From: Leucoraja ocellata | Taxonomy: Eukaryota | Length of the DNA: 64,000 nucleotides | NCBI GenBank assembly: GCA_036785375.1 | Contig: JAWMAR010000140.1 | Location: forward strand, 2,232,001 to 2,296,000 | Direction: 5' to 3' | Shown: in pieces, positions 26,240-37,780 of the stretch | Layout: the number at the start of each line of letters is the position of its first letter | Position numbering within the stretch: the stretch's first letter is position 1 | Notes under the pieces: generated by a model | Told to the model about the DNA's origin: nothing | What the model saw: the letters and a program-made list of their open reading frames with translations, nothing else | Databases searched by the model: none | Position numbers and translations under genes: made by a program

Positions 26240-26381
26240 TGCTGCCTGTCCTACTGAGTTACTCCAGCATTTTGTGTCTATCTTCGATTTAAACCAGCAT
26301 CTGTAGTTCCTTCCTATGCTTCTTTGGCATTGGTACAACTGATCGATCCTTGCTCCTCTTCAATATCACATCTCTGTGGGA
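26240..26381. repeat. Inverted duplicate of 25586-25732
   Basis: Reverse complement matches across ~142 bp with about 5 substitutions and one 5-bp indel, including ~65 bp outside the Penelope element. Confidence 0.9.
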
Positions 26382-26382
26382 T

Positions 26383-26700
26383 GGGGTGGCAGAGTAGAAC
26401 AGTGGTAGAGTTGCTGTCTTACAGTGCCAGAGAACCCGGGTTCAATACTGACTACTGGTGCTGTCAGCACGGAGTTTGTACGTTCTCCCCGTGACCTGCG
26501 TGGGTCTTCTCCGGGATCTCTCTGGTTTCCTCCGACATTCCAAAGACATACTGGTTTATAAGTTAAATGGCTTGGTAAAGTTGTAAATTGTCCCTGGGGT
26601 GTATAGGATAGCGTAAGTGTGCGGAAATCACTGGTCGGCATTTACTCAGTGTGCCGGAGGGCCTGTTTCTGTGCTGTGTCTCTAAACTAAACTAAAACTA
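26383..26700 (+). mobile_element. Full-length V-SINE (HE1-like)
   Basis: Same structure as the 17812 copy; (CTAAA)n tail. Confidence 0.9.
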
Positions 26701-27059
26701 AGATGCCAAATCTAGGGACTGACTGGTCATTCATATACAGTATATAGAGCTTTGAGTGCCTCTGCTCCCTGAAATAGGCACTGCTTAGCAGAATGAGGAA
26801 TAACCAACTCATCACCATGACTGGGCTGTAGTTTCAAACTGACCAGCCATGTTCCCTGTCATGATCCATGCGGTGAGATAAAGCATCCAGAAAAAAAGCT
26901 CAAGAGAAAAGTAATCCATCTATAATGAAAGCGACAATAATAACATTAGCCAGAACCTTTCTGATCCTGATTTTATCGAACAATATTCACCACGGCCTTT
27001 AATGGTGAGATATTTATTCCATTCCTGGCATTGCAGGTCTGTAACCAAGTGCCTGGGTT

Positions 27060-27192
27060 ATGTTTAATGTTTTATGCGTCATTCCTTTACTGTCACTGTA
27101 TGTCATGTTGTCACTTGCGGGCGGAGCACCAAGGCAAATTCCTTGTATGTGAATACTTGGCCAATAAACATATTAATTCATTCGTTCATTCA
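27060..27192 (+). mobile_element. LINE 3' tail with (ATTC)n
   Basis: CAAATTCCTTGTATGTGAATACTTGGCCAATAAA followed by ATTC repeats. Confidence 0.6.
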
Positions 27193-28784
27193 GCCCATCT
27201 AGTTCATCCCTATCACAGCATGCAGAATAGGACCCTCACAGTGAAAGGTAAGTTTGAGAGGGAAACATATGCAAGTGGGTCCAGCTGAGGGGCATCTTGA
27301 TCAACATGAAGAAGTTGGGCAGAACAGCCTGTTTCTGTGGTGTATGATCTATAACAAGCTTGAGGGGATAAATGACATAAACATATACTGTAAACACAGA
27401 ACATGGAATTGCTAAATGTGCCAACTAATTAAATTCTATATTAGACACAAGGTTTAAACTTTATGAATCTGGAAAATGAATTTGCAAGGAAATTACAAAA
27501 GTATAGCGTTATCAATTATTTCAAAGAAGCAGCTGAAAGGTGTGCATCTCTACGGCCCCAGCTGGCTGCAATTCAACATCTTGCCCACATTTCCATGTTT
27601 AAAATAGGTCCTGTGGAGCAGCCCTGCGGCCCTGCAGCATGCAACAGTTGTAGCTGCACAGGCCCACTGTGCAGCCAACGATTACCACTGACTGTCCTTT
27701 CACTAGCTTTCAAAAAAAAAACTTTCATCTTTTTTTTATATTGAAAAAAAAAGTCCATTGCCAGCCAACTCCTGAAGCAAAATTGCAACAAATCTGAAGG
27801 GTCTGGCAGCTAGGAAGCAAATACTCTCTTAACAAGAGGCTCAGATTTGGGACACCTGAAGAACGTTATAAAGAAAGGCAAGTTGCACGTTAAAAACTTT
27901 TAATTACAATTTAAAAAATGTAAGTCAAGGCATATTTGCTTGTTGGTGCTGATTACACTTCCACGGTAGTTATTTCTTTTGTCCACTTTCACTGAAGCCA
28001 CGCCAGCCTGAAACCTCATTTATTCTGATGAAAACCAAGCAGCAGGCACTTAAGTGGCAGCTAAAAGTGCCACTCTCAGACAGCCGACTGCCTGCCTGCC
28101 TCATGCTTATAATAGTTAAACATGTCAAAGATTGGGAGCGGACATTTTGTGGAAATGATGAGAAACCGGACACCGAAGGTACAGTTTCAAAATAGTTTCT
28201 CAGAACCTGCAGAAATTCCAAAATCAGCCCTGAACAAAAATGCCAACAGTGACCTTTACAACTCCCTCGGCAGCGGCCATTGTGTGAGGTAGGGTTTAGA
28301 ATGTAGTCGCAATTACCTACCAGTCTCCAATCTAAATTATTGTTTCTATTGTTACAATAATAAAGCAAATTAAGTGGGATTGAATGGGCATTATCTTCCC
28401 TCAAAAGCACAGGGCATTTTGAAAATACAAGCTGCATTGATCCGGTATCATTTACTGCTCTGGGCTAATCAGAATTAACTTTTTTATGGCACACCAAATG
28501 AAAATCATTTAATAATGCAACGTGCACACTTTGGAAATTCCCTTTGTAAACCTCGTCGGCTTCTTTGAACATAAACCACGGAACAGAAACTGGCAAACTG
28601 TTTAGTGATAGTGAGAAAGGAAATAGCTGGTGTACAAACTACAAAGACAGAAGACCTTTCAGTCCATCGAGTCCACATGGCTTTTGGCATAGCAATCACA
28701 TCAGTCACATATTCTCCTGCAACCAACCACGCAACCTATTGTCTTTCACATGACCACCAATTGCTCATTTTTTTCTCTCGCCAT

Positions 28785-28893
28785 TTCAAGAGAGTTTATT
28801 GTCATGTGTCCCAGATAGGGCAATGAAATTCTTGCTTTGCTTCAGCACAACAGAATTTAGTAGGCATTAATAAATACAGAACAGATCAGTGTG
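28785..28893 (-). mobile_element. Rex1/Babar 3' tail
   Basis: Reverse complement of 6065-6170. Confidence 0.85.
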
Positions 28894-28894
28894 A

Positions 28895-29080
28895 TTTACC
28901 CATATTAAGGGCAATTCACGGTAAACTAAGTAGGCTAAGCATTTGGGATGTGGGAGTAACTTGGACAACCCGGAAGATACAGGGAGAATGTGCAAGTTCC
29001 GCACAGATGGTACCGAAGATATGGATCGAACCTGCTGCTTCCCTGGAACGGTGCGGAAGCAGTATTAACTGCAACTATGT
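28895..29080 (-). mobile_element. Old V-SINE
   Basis: TTTGGGATGTGGGAG..ACCCGGAAGATACAGGGAGAATGTGCAAGTTCCGCACAGA..GGATCGAACC. Confidence 0.7.
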
Positions 29081-29472
29081 GCTTCCATGTAAGAGACTGC
29101 TGTTGAAAGCAAAGCAGCAGCCTCATCAAGTGCGTCTGGACACATTTAAAGATGTTAATTCTAATATATTTGCCAAGCATCAAATCTTTCATAGAACTCT
29201 TTGTGATCTATGGGTTGTGCCCAGGGCACCTGGGCAAAATTAGACTGCCTTTGAAAGATTATCAACTCAATCAAAGCACGTTTTGGTCGGCCTAGAGTTT
29301 GCTGGGTGCCCACAGCAAGGAGCTGACCACAAGTGAATGTTGCATGCAGGCAAATTCCAAGGTGCTGAGGATTTCACTGAAGTTTGATGCCAACTCCACA
29401 ATATCTTCCTGATATTGCACAAAGAGGGACTGGAACCTCCGTAAAACCCTTCGAGCTTAATGCTAATAGTAA

Positions 29473-29689
29473 AATGCCTGTCCCACATGGCGATTTGTTT
29501 CGGCGACAGCCGGCGTCATATCAGGGTCGCCAAAACATTTCAATATCCAGCGGCGATAATAAAATGTTGCGACACTTGAAAAAACACCGCGCGTCATACG
29601 TCGTCACGCCGCAAATTTTTCGGTGACCGGGTACGTCAGTCAATGATGGCGGCAGTCGCCGAAAAAAATCACCAAGTGGGACAGGCCCT
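29473..29689. mobile_element. PIF/Harbinger-like MITE (217 bp), ~45-bp TIRs, TAA TSD
   Basis: Left GCCTGTCCCACATGGCGATTTGTTTCGGCGACAGCCG versus right CGGCAGTCGCCGAAAAAAATCACCAAGTGGGACAGGC; TAA at 29470-29472 and 29690-29692. Confidence 0.85.
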
Positions 29690-31424
29690 TAAGTGTGTAT
29701 GAGCAAAATTGGCCGATATTTCTGTTGAAATATAAACCTTGTCAGCAAAAGGTATACCATCTCTATTACTGTGAGTGACAACATATGAATATATTTGCAA
29801 ATGTTATACTTTGGAAAAAAAATTATGAACACTTTTCCTTACGAAAAAAGTTGACTGCCCATAATGATAAAGGTCAATCTGATGATGCTCATTTGTGACC
29901 CAGAAATCAAGTATCTACAGTGGCCTCACTTTGACCGACAGAATGAACAGCACTCTCAATCCCTCAGAAACTAAAGCTGCAAACAACTTATCGTTGATTT
30001 GACTAAAACGCACAGTGAAATGTTTGAGCTTGTAGGAAGCCAAAAAGAGAAGATTCTCACCAGTTCTATAACCATTCAAAAACCACTTTATTTCTATAAA
30101 AGTCACAATTACTGCCCAGCAAATTAGAAGAACTTGACATAAATCATAACAGCACATTCCCACGATTGTCCAAACAATTTATCAACCAATTATGATCTGT
30201 AGTTCCACAGGTTTCTTGATTACCTCCAAATCACGCAACTGAAGTTGAGGCTTTAGGTGCCCAAATCCCGAATTAACACCCTGGCCTTCTCTGCTCTCCA
30301 CCTCACTCTCTTCTGAGCTACCTTTTTGACTAATCTCACCTCCTTCCCTCATATCTCGTTATATACCTTGGCAACATTTTTTTTTGTTTGTTTCGCGTGT
30401 TCCTGCGGACTTTTGCTGCCTATTTTCCAAGTGCCGGTAGTAATAGCATTTCTTGCAGTAACGTGTTTGCCTGTGATAGACAATTTGCAATGATACAATG
30501 TCAACAATGAAATAAAACTTCCACATTCAGACCGAGTCACAAATGTTGTCCATAACACTAAAGGACTCCCAGCGGCTCTTCGAATAATGCTATGTTATCT
30601 TTTACAACCAGCTGAACACAATCTAGGCCTTGGCTCGGCACTCTGTTTAAAAGTCAACAACTCGGGCAACTCAGCCCTCCCTCATTTCTGCAGTCAATCG
30701 CCTTCTTCAATAATTTATTCAGGCTGAAACCACAACTTCTTACTCAGTTTGTGTGGTGCCACAGACCAAACCAGGCTGACACAGATTAAAAATGGAGGGA
30801 GCAGGAAAGAAAAAAAAATCCTGGTGTTACCTCCCACATAAAAAGAATGAATAACTGGAATTTTGTGTATATAAGAGTTAGCGTACAGACTCAACATCAT
30901 TCGCCATCTGTGCAGCAGATTGTACATTTTCTATAAGGATTGAAAGCAGATAGTGCACATAAGGTTTATAGGTTGTGACAAACTGGATTTCTGGCTGCTT
31001 TCCTGACAGGAACTAGTCCTATAAAAAATAGTGCTATCAAATCCCCATTCTCCAAGAGCAAATAGGTTCACCGTACATTGGTTGTGGTTGTGGTTGGGGG
31101 TTGGCAGGGAGTGTTAAATGTTGCTACTTTCATGATAGTTAGTGCACTAAGCACTCTGCATCAAGGGGACGTCACACTTTCCAAGCAGCAAACACTGAGG
31201 AAGTATTAACGGGTTTGATCAAGCCTTGACAAATAATGCAAAGTAGAATAGAGCCCTGTTCTGTGGAATAGGTCAAGACCAACCACAGGCTTGCACCTAA
31301 CCACTCAAGAGTTGTCAGGAATGGCACGTGACAACAATATGCTTCTCTCCCAATTACTTTGCACTGAGATGCATGATATCGCATCTCTGCAGTGAATGGC
31401 GTTCAAATAAGATTCTGGAGTTCC

Positions 31425-31695
31425 AGAACCAGCTGTTATCAGTCAACTGAATCATCCTACCACAACCAGAGAGCAGTGCTAAACTACTATCTACCTCTTT
31501 GGTGACCCTCGGACTATCCTCGATTGGACTTTGCTGGCTTTACCTTGCACTAAACGTTATTCCCTCATCATGTATCTATACACTGTAAATGGATGGATTG
31601 TAACCATGTATTGTCTTTCTGCTGACTGGCTAGCACGCAACAAAAGCTTTTCACTGTACCTCGCTACACGTGACAATACACTAAACTAAACTGAC
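31425..31695 (+). mobile_element. Rex-like LINE 3' end
   Basis: CCAGCTGTTATCAG (PAVI..LN end), 3'UTR ending TTTCACTGTACCTCG.TACACGTGACAATA + (CTAAA)n. Confidence 0.65.
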
Positions 31696-32189
31696 TGACC
31701 GAGTTTGGCTCTGAATCTGGACAGGCACTCACATCCTGCCAATCCTGTGCGGGATCAATGGAAAACTGATGAAACCAATCTCAATTGTATCTCTGGGAAG
31801 GGGAGAAAGGAGTCACTTTTTCTTTGCTCAAGACCACCTCCTGGTGGAGGATCCCAAGTGCAACATCGCTTAACTTCACAGATCGCACCACATGTGAAAA
31901 CACCATCTCAAGCAAGATACGTTTGTGGAAGGTGCAATGCGAGAGTAATCAAAGCACAAACATTTGATTCACTTAAATTTTAAAATGTAAAGTACTATCA
32001 TCTGTTACTCTCCCCTTCATTTCAGTTGCATTTCAGGCTCCATTTCACTATAAACATGGAAATAACATTATACTTTTTTATAATTATTGGTCCGGTGGAA
32101 GAATCTTAAAAACAATAATTCTTGTCCTAAAATCAAACAGCGATGCATTTTCAGAGGACTAATAAAGCTAGGATATACACATCAAATGG

Positions 32190-33065
32190 TGGGCCCAGGA
32201 AGTATTGAGGAACAAAGGGACCTGGTGTATATATATATGTTCAAGGGTCCCACAAGGCAACAGCACAGCTAGATAAGATGGTTAAGAAGGCAAACCGGTT
32301 ACATTAGCTGAGGCATAGAATATAAGAAGAGCACAAAGGTTCTGGTACAGCCATATAAAACAATACTACAGCTGGAGCACTGAGTGTAGTCTGGCCACCA
32401 TACTATACAAAGAATGTGTAAAAAGGAACTGCAGATGCTGGTTTAAACCGAAGATAAGACACAAAAAGCTGGAGTAACTCAGCGGGAGAGGCAGCTTCCC
32501 TGGAGAGAAGGAATGGGAGACGTTTCAGGGCAAGCATCTTCTTCAGACTGAAGGAGGGTCTCGACCCCAACCCTCACCCATTCCTTCTGGTCTCGCCCCG
32601 AAACGTCACCCATTCCTTCTCTCCAGAGATGCTGCCTGTCCCGCTGAGTTACTCCAGCCTTTTATGTCTATTATAGAAAGAATATATCGCACTGGAAGAG
32701 CTTCAGTAAAGATTCACAGGGGAAGTGGGCTGCAGTGGAGAATTTCAGTTACCTCGACCAGTGTGAGGTCAAAAGGTTTGAGGTAAAAGGCATAGATTTG
32801 AGGTAAGGGGTAGAAGATTCAGAGGGCATTTGTAGGTGGACATTTCCACGCTGAGCGTGGATGAAATTTGGGGCAGACTCTAAGGGGGTGATGGGGACCA
32901 GTACTCTGGTACATTTGACAAGTACTTAGACAAGCACTGGAAATGCCATGCCATAGGAAACTGTGGATCCAGCGCTTGTAAATGGGAAATTAGTACAGAC
33001 GGAGACCTGAAAACTGGCACAGACATGATGGGTCAAAGGATCTGTTTGCATACTGTATAACTATA
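32190..33065 (+). mobile_element. Old CR1 3' part interrupted by a fold-back Penelope-derived element (32415-32670)
   Basis: Decayed EEQRDL..QLEH..VW motifs; the insert has inverted arms and imperfect direct flanks ATACAAAGAATGT / ATAGAAAGAATAT. Confidence 0.75.
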
Positions 33066-33139
33066 ACTAATATCCTCAAAGAAAACATGACTTACTAGTC
33101 TTTATCCTTCCACCCCCTGCAGGTTCATGGGCCTGTCAA

Positions 33140-34000
33140 AAAAATGTCACTGTCATATCTACTTCCACCACTTTCCCTGGCAGAGCGATCCAGACACCTA
33201 CCACTCACTCACTGTGTGAAAAAACTTGCCTTGCAACTCCTGCTTTAAACCTTCCCCTTCTCGCCTTTTCTTTGCTCCCACCTCTGGTATTTGGCATTTC
33301 CTCCCTGAGCGAAAGACTCACTGCCTGCGTTATAGAAACATAGAAACATAGAAATTAGGTGCAGGAGTAGGCCATTCGGCCCTTCGAGCCTGCACCGCCA
33401 TTTAATATGATCATGGCTGATCATCCAACTCAGTATCCCGTACCTGCCTTCTCTCCATACCCTCTGATCCCCTTGGCCACAAGGGCCACATCTAACTCCC
33501 TCTTAAATACAGCCAATGAACCGGCCTCAACTACCCTCTGTGGCAGAGAGTTCCAGAGATTCACCACTCTCTGTGTGAAAAAAGTTCTCCTCATCTCGGT
33601 TTTAAAGGATTTCCCCCTTATCCTTAAGCTGTGACCCCTTGTCCTGGACTTCCCCAACATCGGGAACAATCTTCCTGCATCTAGCCTGTCCAACCCCTTA
33701 AGAATTTTGTAAGTTTCTATAAGATCCCCTCTCAATCTCCTAAATTCTTTTCTGTGCCTCTCATAATTTTATAAACTTCTCGATGGTCGCCCTCCAGAAA
33801 AAAACACCCAGGGTTGTCCGTCCTCTCCTCCAAGCTAATCGTCTCCAATCCAAGCCACGTCCTGGTGATCCTCTTATTGCATCTTCTCCAATGCTTCCAA
33901 ATCCTTCCTTGATTGTGTGTGGCGAGACAAGAACTGCGCTCAACCATAAAGGCATGCCAAGGTTTGGACCAAAATCTTAACATGGATCGCAATGCAACCT
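33140..34000 (-). mobile_element. Old CR1 with a young CR1 copy (33332-33748) nested inside
   Basis: Young part RGDLIETYKILKGLDRLDAGRLFPMLGKSRTRGHSLRIRG... with (CATAGAAA)n on the plus strand; decayed CR1 on both sides. Confidence 0.9.
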
Positions 34001-34044
34001 TTATCCAACACAACAGAAAGAAGCACACATATTTAAGTGAGGCT

Positions 34045-35140
34045 AGACACAAAAAACTGGAGTAACTCAGCGGGACAGGCAGCATCTCTGGAGAGAAGGA
34101 ATGGGTCGAGACCCTTCTTCAGACTGGTTAGGGATAAGGGAAACGAGAGATATAGATGGTGATGTGGAGAGATAAAGAACAATGAATGAAAGATATACAA
34201 AAAAGTAACACGGAAAATCTCCTTGCTCCCCCTCCCCCTAGTCGCAACAGAGACAGAGTCCCCCTAGTCCTTACCTTCCACCCCATCAGCCGTCGCATAC
34301 AACACATAATCCTCCGAAACTTCCGCCACCTCCAACGGGATCTCACCACTAGCCACATTTTCCCATCTCCACCCCTTTCCGCCTTCCGCAGAGACTATTC
34401 CCTCCACAACTCCCTGGTTAACTCATCCCTTCCCACCCAAACCATCCCCTTCCCAGACACCTTCCCCTGCAACACCTGTTCCTATACCTCCTCCCTCGAC
34501 TCTGTCCTGGGACCCCGACAACCCTTTCAGGTTAGGCAGAGGTTCACTTGCACCTCCTCCAACCTCATCTACTGTATCGGTTGTTCAAGATGTGGACTCC
34601 TATACATTGCCGAGGCCAATCGCAGACTGGGCGATCGTTTCACGGAACACCGTCGCTCAGCCAGCGTGAACCAACCTGATCTCCCGGTTGCTGGACACTT
34701 TAATTCTCCTTCCCATTCCTACACAGACCTTTCTGCCCTGGGCCTCCTCCATTGTCAGAGGAACAGCATCTCATATTTCGCTTGGGCAGCTTACAGTCCA
34801 GTGTTAAGAATATTGATTTATCTCGCTTCAGGTAGCCCCGGCATTCCCTCTCTCCCTATCCCTCCCCTACCCAAGTCACACTAGCTTCCCATTTTCACCC
34901 TACAACCAGCCTGTTTCCTTTATCATCGTTACGTTTTTGCATATCTTTCATTCATTGTTCTTTATTTCTCCACATCACCGTCTATATCTCTCGTTTCCCT
35001 TATCCCTAACCAGTCTGAAGAAGGGTCTCGACCCGAAACATCACCCATTCTTTCTCTCCAGAGATGCTGCCTGTCCCACTGAGTTGCTCCAGCTTTTTTT
35101 GTCTATGTTCGGTTTAAACCAGCATCTGCAGTTTCTTCTT
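34045..35140 (+). mobile_element. 5'-truncated Penelope-like element: GIY-YIG endonuclease fragment between inverted pseudo-LTRs, 18-bp TSD
   Basis: ORF 34186-34884 RVPLVLTFHP..FTCTSSNLIYCIGCSRCGLLYIAEANRRLGDRFTEH..VAGHFNS; ~165-bp inverted repeats 34045-34210 and 34928-35105; ACATATTTAAGTGA(G/A)GCT at 34027-34044 and 35141-35158. Confidence 0.92.
35012..35046 (+). ncRNA. Hammerhead ribozyme motif in Penelope 3' terminal repeat
   Basis: agu-CUGAAGA-a-GGGU(cucg)ACCC-GAAA-ca-UC-accc; perfect helix II, helix III palindrome broken by a CpG-type change. Confidence 0.55.
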
Positions 35141-37654
35141 ACATATTTAAGTGAAGCTGCTTATATCAATTTTATGGCAACCCACTGAGGCTGATTTGAA
35201 ATCGGTATTTGGAGGGCAGATTGTGAATCCCATTACCACTCAGCAACAGGGAGACAATGCTGCTCACTCGCGTGTCTTCTTCAGTCCTTTTCCAAGGGCA
35301 CTAAGTCACGTTCAGTGAAGCGGAGATCTCGCTGGACGTTGTGTGAATGCTCATGATCCCAAAAGCAAATGATGAGAAGCAAATGAAGGGAATGGATGCC
35401 CCCACACAAATCCCCTGCATCCTTACAGCGTGAACATCAGGCAACAGGCTGCATGCAACAGCAAGACTAAACAAAAAACTGAACGAGGGAAAATATATAA
35501 TTTCATCAAAATGTTGCCTGGGCCCCCACGATGAAGTCACAGTGAGCAAGATGATGTGCTATTACGAGGACAAGAGCATTGTTTGAAAAGCCTAGTGATT
35601 CCCTAGAAATTAAAAACTGCATGACAACGGAGCTAAATTCTTCAACAGCCACACCGACAAAATCCCATGCCAATTTGATCCACCTTATTTTACGTCAAAA
35701 CACCAACATGTGCCAACTTCTTCAATCGATCGCTAGTTACATCCAACAAAACTTTGAGTATTAATCTAGCTCTCCACCTTGAAAAGAGCAGAGAACAGAG
35801 ACATTTTCTTGAATTTGCACCAAATTATGAAATGGCATGGTAATGCCCACAGTTTTGATGTGGACAGCAAAGAACAGGGTTTTACCTCAATTGCAAAAAC
35901 CTAAAGTTGTTATACCTAATGTTTTAGAATGACTTGCTTTTTGTGAATTAGTTTTAATTTCTCCTTAGGAAAGCATGCACTGTACTTTGATATTTTTTTC
36001 TATGGTGTCAAGGGCTTTCAGGATTATAAACATGCATGTTTATAGTGCATAAATAATAGTGTAATATCTTTGAAATGTTTTTTTTTGTAGTATGAATGAT
36101 CAATGTGAACTTGAAAGGAAGGAATGTATGTTTCATTCTTCAAATCCCACCTGATTTCTGTTTACACTACTGCATTTTTATGTTTTACCAGAACTCAAAA
36201 AGATTCCCAGGAAATTTCCACCATTAAATCATCATGAAATCTAATGCAAATATAAGCATAAATTAGATTGAGGAAATTCTAGCACATTATACTATTTTGC
36301 AATTTAGGGGAAATTCTGTTCGTTTCAGCCCACAAAGTCTAAATGGATAATGAAAGGCGATCACAATTCAATTGTCGTTTGCTGAGAAAACTCTCATCTA
36401 GAAATTGGCTGTGAGTAGGCTTGGGAGTAAAACAGCCTTTGATCATCTATGCACAATTGAATGTTCCTCAACAAAATTTCTTCCAAGATGTATTTAAAAA
36501 AAGCCAAAGACCAATAATCAAAAATGGAAATGCAGCACCAAAGGAGAAGGTAATCAGATGCATTATTATATAGTAATCGGGCATTTCACCTCATGGAAGC
36601 TGCGATATCCACAGTGAGCAGCAATTAAAAAGCTACGGCATAAACTAAACAAAATGGATTGTACAGTAAATACATATTTCAATCATACCAAAATAGACCA
36701 TGTGGTCACACAGTAGTGCTCGCACCATAAACAGCTTTGCAAAAGGCTAAAAAGGATTCCAGGATAATAGTTTGTATAGGCATGCAGCCACAAACGTCAG
36801 GTTTCAGATTCAGCCACAAAATAAAGATCTGTAAACAAAATTGTTTAAGGCATTCAAAGATCAAGAGCGCAATTATAAAGGATACATTTTATCATGTGTT
36901 TGTGAATTATGTATTTTTAAAAATTAAATTGCCAGTGAACAACCTGCTTTCAATAATATAGATGTCAATTACTGAGAAAAATAAAAATTGCATCCACAAT
37001 GGATTTTGAGTAAGTTGGTTGATTCCTTCCAATCCTAGGTAAAATTGGCTGACTACTCCATCCCAAATTGTTATCAGTCAGTATTTAGCATCTTTACTTG
37101 TAGATACTTGCCACTTCACTTCTAGCTTATTGCTCATTAATAAATACACAATACAAGAAGTAAACAGAACAACAACATTTATCTGTATAATGTCCATAAT
37201 TATGCAGAAGGGTACATCTGAAGTGTTATGGACTAAATAATGCCAGATTTATATTTTAATATTAAAAATCACAGTCTGTACAAACGGAAGTGAGAGTAAA
37301 TAAATATCAAAGAGACAGCATTGCTTCAACCACTAAAGTGGTTATTAGAAGAAAAATATCAGTCGGGAACAATTCCCCTTTAGGCCCACTGAATGCCCAC
37401 GTTAATAAAATATTTTTAGCATTTATACACATGTATGACTGCAACTACAAATTTCAAAGCCAGCTCCTGTTTTTGTTTTACTGTCCTATACAATGCTTTG
37501 TATATCTGTGAGAAGACAATTTCTAATTATTTTACAAATATAAAAACCAAGCTGACCAAGATCTGGAAATATTAATATGAAGACAACTCCAGACATTGCA
37601 TTTAAAACGAAATTAACCAATTGCTTTCAAATCAAATGAATTCTCCTTACTTGT

Positions 37655-37780
37655 GCTCAGAATTGATCGTACTACATTACAACAGTGACACTGCTTCAAA
37701 GAAACATCAATGGTTGTAAGGAATGTCGGTACATACTAAGGTTGTGAAACGTGTGCTACAAATCCAAGTCTCTTTCTTGT
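37655..37780 (+). mobile_element. Deu-SINE (SacSINE1-like) 3' tail
   Basis: CTACATTACAACAGTGAC..CTTCAAAG..ATGGTTGTAAG..GGTTGTGAAA..AAATCCAAGTCTCTTTC. Confidence 0.6.

Noticed and set aside
35301-35549. ORF containing MQGIC, resembling the end of human BCL11A exon 3 (PQGIC)
   Set aside because: No upstream similarity, weak donor (gtgtgg), and no acceptor that puts QGIC in frame with the phase-1 end of exon 2.
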